A program made the translations under genes and the position numbers. DNA of 63,900 nt, counting the filler, from Reclinomonas americana ATCC 50394 (Eukaryota), in assembly GCA_048213135.1 (NCBI GenBank). It is 6 parts of 2 records of this genome, joined end to end, with 100 filler letters (N's around TTAATTAATTAA, not from the genome) between each part and the next. Parts side by side here need not be neighbours in the genome. Positions count along the whole stretch, not along the records: positions 43,173 to 57,019 come from PS015082.1; positions 57,120 to 58,933 come from PS015083.1; positions 59,034 to 63,900 come from PS015083.1; 3 more parts are not named here. One strand, given 5' to 3'. Below the pieces are notes generated by a model, which saw nothing but the letters and a program-made list of their open reading frames with translations, did no database searches and had not been told where the DNA came from. Of the stretch, positions 54,618-63,900 are shown one piece after another. Position 1 is the first letter of the stretch, and each line of letters starts with the position of its first letter.

Positions 54618-56112
54618 ATGGAGCGCCACTTGAGTCGCGCTGTGCTTTCCTCTTATGATGTTGCTGCGGTCTGTGTGTCTCTCTTGAAGGTCCAGGTGTG
54701 CACGTCTTGACTCTCTGTGTGTGTGTTGCAGTTTCTCCGCGACAGCAAGTTGTCTGCTGATGACTTTATCGCTGCCGTGTGCCGCCCGTGCATTGTGCAC
54801 CTGGATGATCACACTCTTGAGCGGTGCGCGTGCTTGCGTGTAAGAGAGACAGAGAAGCTCACTGCACTCACACACACACTTTGACCTTCACAGTATCCCA
54901 CTCTTCTGCACACTGTCTGTGCACGTGCAGCAGGCGCTGTTGGCACACTCGTGTGTGGTACTGGAGGCCACCACCTCCGTCCAGTCAAGTGACCCACCTG
55001 TGCAGTGGCCACTCAGTGCGTCGCACTTTCGCACACTGGCCACTGTGTTGAGTGAGCAGGTGCCGCCGTCGCTGGTGCAGGCGCATGTCGCCGAGTTTGT
55101 GCGACGATGGGCAGTGGCGGAGGTGTCTGTGGGGGAGAGGAGGACTGCTTCGTCTGTGGAACTCGAGGATGAGACTGCTGAGTTGCACCGATTGTGGATG
55201 CAGAGTGAGGAGCCACCGCGAAAGCGTCGGTGTCGACGGCCCGTGTATGATGTGACGGGGACGGGTGATGATGTGGTGGTGGAGGGCAGTGTGGAGACTG
55301 TCGCGTCCACTGGGGCGAGTGGCAGTGAGGACAAGGTGGCGACGGAAGACAGTGCGGTGCTGGTACAGCTGTTGGCGGATCTGGATCGGGGCGCGGTGGT
55401 GCGGCCTCCGCTCCCCGCTTGTCTCACACCGGCACAGACTGCGCGGCTGTTTGTGCATGCTGGGTGGGCTGCACTGGACGACAATGGTGTGCGCGAGTTG
55501 GCGGAAGATCTGTCGTTGCCCTCACGTGCGCCGCACGAGGTGGCTCACTTCGCGCAGCACGTGCTGGTGCCGCGAGTGCGTGGAGCACCTCAGGTCCCGC
55601 GCACTCTGTATGCGGTGCTGCGCGCGCTGCCTCCAGCTGTGCTGGTGTCGCATATGCTCGTCCCTCTGTTGGTGGGTGGCGGTCATGAGACAGTGGCCGC
55701 ACATGCCGAGCTCGCCACTCGCCTGTGCAAGGAGGCTCTCGGTGCGTCTCCGGTCGAGCGCGACTTGCTGCTGCGTTTGATGTGCCGCGACGAAGTGGAG
55801 CGAGCAAACGAGCCGCTGCTCGGAGTCATTCACGCCGTTCTCAACCAGCAGCCGGCGGCCGGAGGTCGATCTGCGGCCGCAGAAGAGGAGCTCATCAGTG
55901 CACTGGTGGGCTTGCTGGTGCGCACTGGTGCCGATCCACGCAGCAACGGCAGCCTCAAGTTGCCCAACATTGTCGCGACGCTGGCCTCGCGCTTCCCCGA
56001 GCACGGACGCATGCATCGCGAGGCTCTCGCAACCGCCCTGGCCACCAATTCTACTTTCATGAAGAAGACGGCGGTGAAGGCACTGGATAAACTCGCCGAG
56101 GGGCCCGGTTGA
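54618..56112 (+). CDS. FANCE: Fanconi anaemia group E protein-like
   Basis: C-terminus SLKLPNIVATLASRF...LATALATNSTFMKKTAVKALDKL parallels the FANCE C-terminal end (...LEPNTTFLRKSLKAAL). 5' exons are uncertain. Confidence 0.65.
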
Positions 56113-56131
56113 TGACAAAACAGAGAGAGTT

Positions 56132-56809
56132 CACTTGAGTTTCTGCTGTCCGTTGCGCACCGACAGAATCTCCTCCAGCGTACTGGGGTGCGCGTCGGCC
56201 AGGTAACCGTACAATGCCGCGTACGCGTATCTGGCTCGCGTCTTTGGGTCCGTGTACTTGGCCTGCAGCGCAGCGTGGGTGTCAGCACCACGCCACGACA
56301 CAAAGACACTCCCCAGACAACTCGATTGCGCTCAATCAGATTCGCCTTTTTAAAGCACTGCTTACCCCTCCTCCACGTGCACAGGAGTGCATTCACGAGA
56401 GGGCAGGAACGAGCGAGAAGACAAGAGCAAAAGAAAACACGGGGCAGCCATCCACCTGTCACAGCAGAGCGCACACTCGTCGTCCCTCTCACATGCCTCT
56501 CGCCTCCCTCCCTTCCTCTCTACACAACCGCCCACTGACTTGCGAGTGGGGGAGCTCATCTTACTAATGCTTCGACATCATGCAAGCAACAACCAACCAA
56601 CCAGGAAACAACCAGCAGACGACAGACTCACCTCAAAGCCAGTGACATCGCAGAACTTTTTCGGCGCCCGCAGTGGCGGTGGTGCATCTAGGTTGCAGTC
56701 TAGAAGACCAAAGAGGGATAAGGTGAGCACCTAAACACGCCTAACCTTGCAAGAGTCTCTCTGTCTCTCCTCGCAGTCTCTCTGTCTCACCTTGCAGTCT
56801 CTTTGCTCT

Positions 56810-56847
<38 letters not shown>

Positions 56848-57019
56848 ATCTCTTCTTTCGACGCAACAATGAGGCTGATGTAGTGGAATGGCGCCCGGGC
56901 GGTTCTCCAGTGAGAGGATGTTGCGCACAGCTCTCCACGAGCGCGAGCCCTTGCGAATGGTCAACCCACTGCTATGAAACCTCGAGTTCTTGAACACGGG
57001 AGGCGCACTTGGCACGGGT
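56132..57019 (-). CDS. INO80C: INO80 complex subunit C (Ies6, YL1_C domain), 5' truncated
   Basis: Spliced: PVFKNSRF..RSWRAVRNILSLE...HYCNLDAPPPLRAPKKFCDVTGFEAKYTDPKTRARY...ILSVR. Confidence 0.85.
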
Positions 57020-57063
57020 NNNNNNNNNNNNNNNNNNNNNNNNNNNNNNNNNNNNNNNNNNNN

Positions 57064-57075
57064 TTAATTAATTAA
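57064..57075. other. Artificial scaffold linker
   Basis: TTAATTAATTAA in Ns. Confidence 0.97.
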
Positions 57076-57119
57076 NNNNNNNNNNNNNNNNNNNNNNNNN
57101 NNNNNNNNNNNNNNNNNNN

Positions 57120-58933
57120 GGCAACGTGCTCCGTGAGAATGGCAATGAAGCGCTCGAGCGAGCCGTAGATGGCGCGGTGAATAATTACGGGGCGCACCAG
57201 TGAGCCGTCTTGTGCGACAAACTGCAGGTCAAAGCGCTCCGGCAGCTGGAAGTCGAGCTGGAGAGTGGCAGTCTGCCACTTGCGGCGCAGTGCATCCTCG
57301 ATGCGCATGTCGATCTTGGGTCCGTAGAAGGCACCATCTCCCGGGTTGAGCACCCACGGCTTGCCGAGGCGCTCCAGAGCCTCGCGCAGCGCCTACACGC
57401 GCACCAGTGTGAGATACAGCAGCGCACGAACCACTGCCGACGCCAACGCAACAGCCTCGGCGCGGTCCCATGTCTCAATCTGGCCCAGGAACTTCTCCGG
57501 GCGAGTGGACAGCGCCAGCTCCAGGGTGAAGCCAAAGATCTTGTACACGTGTTGCACAAAGTCGAGCACGTTGTGGATCTCGTTGGCAAGCTGGTGGTGC
57601 ATAGGAATTATCAGTGATAAAACAGACCTGTCTCACACAATTCCGTCCCACTTGCGTACCTTGTCGGGCGGGCAGAAAATATGCGCATCGTCCTGCTGGA
57701 AGCGGCGCACACGAGTGAGGCCCGACAGCGCACCGGAGAACTCGTTGCGGTGCAGCACGCCGAAATCGGCCCAGCGCAACGGCAGCTCACGATATGAGCG
57801 CGGTCGCTGCTTGTACATGGCGCAGTGCGCTGCGCGGCAACGAGAAAATAAGGTTCAGCACCAAAAAATGCTGCTTGCTGCAGCCGGTGGTGAGCAACGA
57901 GACGCAACAGGGGCAGTTCATGGGCTTGAGCGCAAAGATGGTGTCCTCGACCTTGAAGCTGAACATGTGCTCGTTGTAGTTCTGCCAGTGACCAGAGGTC
58001 TCCCACAGGCGCACATCGAAAATGTTCGGCGTCATAACCTCTTGGTAGCCACGGCGGCGGTACTCCTTGCGCAGGAACTCAATCAGACGGTTGTAGATCT
58101 TGGCGCCGTCGGGGAAGAAGAAGCATGAGCCCGGCGACAGCGAGTCGAAAAAGTAGAGCTCTTGCCGCTGTGGCGTGTGCAAGCAAGGATGGTCGGTCGG
58201 TCGGTCGTTTGGTGCCATGTACACACACACACAATCGGAACGCGTCAACATACCACGCCAATCAGACGGTGATCGCGCTCCTTGGCCTGCTCGAGGAACT
58301 CGAGGTACTCATCGAGCTCCTTCTTGGTCGGGAACGCGGTGGCGTAGATGCGCTGCAGCGTGTCGCGGGTCGGGTCGCCCATCCAGTACGAGGACGAGTT
58401 CTTCATGACTTGGAAGGCCTTGACACGGCCAGTGTTGGGCAGATGCGGGCCGCTGCACGGATCCACCAGGTCGCCACATCGGTAGATGGTGCAAATGGAG
58501 CCCTCCGGCACCTGCGCGCCACCACCACCACGATATTTGTCAGTCGACGCGTGTGTACAGATCGCGTGATCCTGCTCTTTCCCAACCTTCTTCGCCAGCA
58601 GCTCCGACTTGTAGGGGTTGTGTCGGAAAATCTCCAACGCAACGTCCTTGGGCACGGCCAATCGTTGGAACACCTGCTTGTCGTGCACAATCTTCTTGAC
58701 CACATTGTGCAGGTCGGCGTAGTCCTCGGCCGACACGGTGCGGTCGCCCATCTGTGCCTCGTAGAAGAAGCCCTGATCCTTGGGCAGCGGCGGGCCCACG
58801 CACAGGTTGCAGTTGAAGACACGCTCCATGGCCTCGCCGAGCACGTGTGCCGACGTGTGCAGGAAGGTGCGCAGACCCAGCTCATGATCGAACTTGAGCA
58901 GCTCCAGGCTGCACGAGTCCTCCAGTGGGCGAG
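57120..58933 (-). CDS. TARS: Threonyl-tRNA synthetase (both ends truncated)
   Basis: CSGPH editing motif, [61 protein letters not shown] and [11 protein letters not shown]. Confidence 0.97.
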
Positions 58934-58977
58934 NNNNNNNNNNNNNNNNNNNNNNNNNNNNNNNNNNNNNNNNNNNN

Positions 58978-58989
58978 TTAATTAATTAA
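58978..58989. other. Artificial scaffold linker
   Basis: TTAATTAATTAA in Ns. Confidence 0.97.
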
Positions 58990-59033
58990 NNNNNNNNNNN
59001 NNNNNNNNNNNNNNNNNNNNNNNNNNNNNNNNN

Positions 59034-62000
59034 CGTGGGTGGAGCGAATGCGGCCATGTTCAACATCTCTGGCACGCAGCTGCGCATCACGACAGCCGGT
59101 CAGAATGGAACTGGCTTGGTGGTGATTGTGCGATCGACCGACAACGGCAGTGGATCACTGTTCTTCGAGAAGACATTCACGATCAACGAAGGTGTGTGCT
59201 GCAGTAGATCTGTGTTGTGCATGTGTCTGGTCACTCATCGACTACCATTACAGCCAATGTCATGCCCACGGATATCACGTTGTCGGCAACACAGTACGCG
59301 TTGCCGGCCACCGCAAATATGGTTGTTGGTGTGCTATCGACAGTGGATGCGAACTCGTGCCAGACATACACGTACTCGATTGTGAGCGGAGCGAATGCTG
59401 CTTTGTTTAACATCTCTGGCGACCAGCTGCGCATCACTGCGGCTGGGCAGACGGGCAGTGGGCTGGTGGTTATTGTGCGCACCACCGACAGTGGCAGTGG
59501 GTCGCTGTTCTTTGATAAGACGCTTGTCATTGACGAAGGTACGACCATGATAGTTTTGATTGAGTTGTTGTTGCGTTTGGCGACTTATGAAGCGTTGCGA
59601 ATGACGCATAGCCAACGTCCCTCCGTCGGATATTGCACTGTCGTCGACGACGTACACGCCGCCGACCACTGCCAATGTCGTGGTGGGCACTCTGTCCACA
59701 ACAGACGGCAACTCGGCGCAGACATTCACATACTCGGTTGTGGGCGGAGCGAATGCGGCGATGTTCAACATCTCTGGCGCGCAGCTTCGCATCACAACTG
59801 CTGGGCAGAATGGAACCGGCTTGGTGGTGATTGTGCGATCGACGGATAACGGCATCGGGTCATTGTTCTTCGACAAGACATTCACGATCAACGAAGGTAT
59901 GTTTTTGTGTTCTCTTTTTTCCTGCTGACACGGTTCTTATGCAGCGCATTGTAGTGAATGTCGCACCGACAGACATTGCACTGACGGCCACGACATACAC
60001 ACCACCGACCACCGCCAATCTTGTGATTGGTAATCTGTCAACGACCGATGCCAACTCGGCGCAGACGTTCACGTACACGATTGTGGGTGGAGCGAATGCA
60101 GCCATGTTCAACANNNNNNNNNNNNNNNNNNNNNNNNNNNNNNNNNNNNNNNNNNNNNNNNNNNNNNNNNNNNNNNNNNNNNNNNNNNNNNNNNNNNNNN
60201 NNNNNNNNNNNNNNNNNNNNNNNNNNNNNNNNNNNNNNNNNNNNNNNNNNNNNNNNNNNNNNNNNNNNNNNNNNNNNNNNNNNNNNNNNNNNNNNNNNNN
60301 NNNNNNNNNNNNNNNNNNNNNNNNNNNNNNNNNNNNNNNNNNNNNNNNNNNNNNNNNNNNNNNNNNNNNNNNNNNNNNNNNNNNNNNNNNNNNNNNNNNN
60401 NNNNNNNNNNNNNNNNNNNNNNNNNNNNNNTCTCTGGTGCGCAGCTGCGCATCACAACTGCGGGTCAGAATGGAACTGGCTTGTTGGTTACTGTGCGATC
60501 GACGGACAGCGGCAGTGGATCGCTGTTCTTTGACAAGACATTCACAATCAACGAAGGTTTGTTGCTGCAGGCGATTCACCGGTGATTTTAGCTCGTCGTG
60601 CGTCTCACGCGCGTCTCCTGCACAGTGAATGTTGCGCCGACGGACGTTGTGCTCTCGTCTGTGACGTACTTGCCGCCGACCACGGCCAATGTGGCCGTCG
60701 GTTCGCTTTCCACCGTGGACGCGAATTCTTGCCAAACGTACACATACACGATTGTGGGCGGAGCAAATGCTGCCATGTTCAACATCTCTGGCGCCCAGCT
60801 GCGCATCACAACCGGCGGGCAGAATGGAACTGGCTTGGTTGTGATTGTGCGATCAACCGACAACGGCAGTGGATCGCTGTTCTTTGACAAAACATTCACG
60901 ATCAACGAAGGTGCGTGCTTGCAGATCTATGTTGTGCGCATGTGCTTGCCGACTCATCGTCGATATTTGCAATTGCAGCCAATGTCGTACCCACGGACAT
61001 CACAATATCGATCGCGGCATACACGCCGCCGTCCACATCTAATATGGTTGTTGGCAGGCTGTCGACGACTGATGCCAATTCATGCCAGACGTACACATAC
61101 TCAATTGTGGGCGGAGCGAATGCTGCTTTGTTCAACGTCTCTGGCGACCAGCTGCGCATCACTGCGGCTGGGCAGGCGGGCAATGGACTGGTGGTTATTG
61201 TGCGCACCACCGATAGTGGCAGCGGGTCGCTGTTCTTTGACAAGACGCTTGTCATTGACGAAGGTGCGGAGCAAGATAGTTTTGATTGAGTTGTTGTTGC
61301 GTTCGGCGACTGGTTAATTGTTGCGAATGGTCCGCAGCCAACGTCCCCCCGACGGACATTGCACTGTCGGCGACAATGTACACGCCACCGACCACCTCGA
61401 ACGTCGTGGTGGGCACTCTGTCAACGACGGACGCCAACGCGAGCCAGTCGTTCATGTACTCGATTGTGGGTGGAGCCAATGCGTCCATGTTCAACATCTC
61501 TGGCGCTCAGCTGCGCATCACGACAGCCGGGCAGAATGGAACTGGCTTGGTGGTGATTGTGCGATCGACAGACAGCGGTGCATCACCTCTGTTCTTCGAC
61601 AAGACATTTACGATCAACGAAGGTTCGTACTGTCTTGGAGATGCGTGTTCTCATCTGTGATATCTCATTCGCTCGTTTTCTTTTGTTCAGTGAATGTTGC
61701 ACCGACGGACATTGCACTGTCGGCGACGACGTACACACCGCCAACCACTGCCAACCTCGTGATTGGTAACCTGTCGACGACCGATGCCAACTCTGCTCAG
61801 ACATTCACATACACGATTGTGGGTGGAGCGAATGCGGCCACGTTCAACATCTCAGGATCGCAACTGCGCATCACAACAGCCGGTCAGAACGGAACTGGGC
61901 TGGTGGTTACTGTGCGATCGACGGACAGTGGCAGTGGATCGCTGTTCTTTGACAAAACATTCACGATCAACGAAGGTTAGTTGCTTGTTTTGTCACTCGC

Positions 62001-63882
62001 GTGTTAGCTGTTGCAATGACACCGTATCCCTCTGTAGTGAATGTTGCGCCGACGGACATTGCGATTTCGTCTGTGACGTACACGCCGCCGACCACGGCCA
62101 ATGTCATCGTCGGTTCGCTTTCCACCGTGGACGCGAATTCGTGTCAAGCATACACGTACACGATTGTGGGTGGAGCAAATGCGGCCATGTTCAACGTCTC
62201 GGGAGCCCAGCTGCGCATCACAACCGCCGGTCAGAATGGAACTGGCTTGGTGGTGATTGTGCGATCGACGGACAGCGGCAGTGGATCACTGTTCTTTGAT
62301 AAGACATTCACAATCAACGAAGGTGCGTGCTTGCAGGCTTTTTGCTATGTTTGTGCTTGGTCACTCATCATGAGGACACACAATTGCAGCCAATGTCGTA
62401 CCCACGGACATCACGATATCAATGGCAGCGTACACGCCGCCGACCATACCTAATATGGTTGTTGGTTCGCTGTCAACGACGGACGCGAATTCGTGTCAAA
62501 CGTACACGTACACGATTGTGGGCGGAGCGAATGCTGCCTTGTTCAACATCTCTGGCGACCAGCTGCGCATCACCGCGGCTGGACAGACGGGCAATGGACT
62601 GGTGATTATCGTCCGCACCACNNNNNNNNNNNNNNNNNNNNNNNNNNNNNNNNNNNNNNNNNNNNNNNNNNNNNNNNNNNNNNNNNNNNNNNNNNNNNNN
62701 NNNNNNNNNNNNNNNNNNNNNNNNNNNNNNNNNNNNNNNNNNNNNNNNNNNNNNNNNNNNNNNNNTGACAGTGGCATCGGATCGCTTTTCTTCGACAAGA
62801 CCCTAGTCATTAACGAAGGTATGGCAAAAGGCATCGTTTTTCGTTGCGCCTTTGCAGCCTAAATCATCTGCGTCAATGCGCAGCCAATGTTTCCCCGACT
62901 GATATTGCACTGTCGGCAACGACGTACACGCCGCCGACCACTGCCAACCTCGTGGTGGGTACTCTGTCGACAACAGATGCCAACTCGGCGCAGACGTTCA
63001 CGTACACGATTGTGGGTGGAGCCAATGCGGCCATGTTCAACATCTCTGGCGCTCAGCTGCGAATTTCGACAGCCGGACAAAATGGAACTGGTTTGGTGGT
63101 GATTGTGAGGGTGACGGACAGCGGCGTGCCTGCATTGTTTGTCGATAAGACGTTCACGATCAACGAGGGTGAGTTCAGCTTTTTTGCACACGTGTTTGGC
63201 ACGTTGTGAGTTGACTAATTTCCTCGTTGATCCCAGTCAACGTCGCCCCATCCAGCATTTCCATTACTGCGACCGCCTATCTCCCGCCGTCCACGGCGAA
63301 CATGGTTGTTGGCACGCTGTCGACGGCGGATGTGAATTGCTGTCAGTCGCAGACGTATACGATTGTCGGTGGCGTCAATTCGGCGCTCTTCAACATTTCC
63401 GGCAATCAGCTACGCATAACTGCCAGCGGAGGGACTGGTAGTAATCTGCAAGTCATTGTACGATCCACTGATAGTGGCATGCCGTCGTTGTATGTGGACA
63501 GAGCGCTGGTCATTAACGAAGGTGCGTTGGGAGACACGCTGTTGTGTATTTTCCGCTATTTGTTCAAGCTGATGCTGATTTGTATGTGGTTGCACAGTCA
63601 ATCTTCCTCCTACGGATATTGCGCTGTCGGCGACCACATACGCGCCGCCGACCACCACCAATCTCGTGATAGGCACTCTGTCTACGACGGACGCCAACAC
63701 GGCGCAGACGTTCACGTACACGATTGTGGGCGGTGCGAGTGCGGCCATGTTCAACATCTCCGGCGCGCAACTGCGCATCACAAGCGCAAACCAGAGTGGA
63801 AATAACTTGGCGGTGACTGTGCGATCAACGGATAATGGCGCAGGGTCTCTGTTTTTCGAGAAGACCTTTGTTGTCAGCGAAG
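59034..63882 (+). CDS. Tandem cadherin-like domain array (at least 13 domains, one exon each; both ends outside the window)
   Basis: ~95-aa repeat NVAPTDIALS...VGTLSTTDAN..QTFTYTIVGGANAAMFNISGAQL...VIVRSTDSG..LFFDKTFTINE, separated by phase-1 introns. Confidence 0.85.
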
Positions 63883-63900
63883 GTATGATCTGGGTCTTTT

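Noticed and set aside
59034-63900. CRISPR array or transposon repeats
   Set aside because: Repeats are ~285-nt coding exons with synonymous-type variation, separated by spliceosomal introns.

Overview
Draft-assembly window from an intron-rich, gene-dense eukaryote, apparently a protist. It uses the standard genetic code and has mostly ~55-120 nt GT-AG introns rich in CA/CT. The window is six scaffolds joined by artificial N-TTAATTAATTAA-N linkers (20959, 36720, 43117, 57064, 58978), so linkage across those points is meaningless. Recognisable genes, from my manual splicing: TTLL1, COG1, a kinesin-light-chain-type TPR protein, DJ-1/Hsp31, a calflagin-like EF-hand protein, an SDR, an Asp-type (non-Zn) ALAD/hemB, GatC-like, RING/TRAF, SPRY, FEN1, Yippee, GH28, FANCE, INO80C/Ies6 and ThrRS. 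There are also three giant extracellular-protein genes: Ig-like+PSI+legume-lectin, Ig-like+NHL with a TM helix, and a cadherin-like repeat array. Most striking observations: (1) a very frequent 5' splice-site class N|GTTGCG (~26 sites), which is the common GTGCGT donor shifted by one base and, in the sites listed, lacks exonic -1 G; (2) a tandem trio of MGxCxS-starting orphan proteins sharing three conserved motifs; (3) a phage-structural-like GSGY repeat exon inside a lectin gene; (4) bacterial-style cadherin domains in a 4-domain higher-order repeat. All family calls come from remembered motifs, not database searches.
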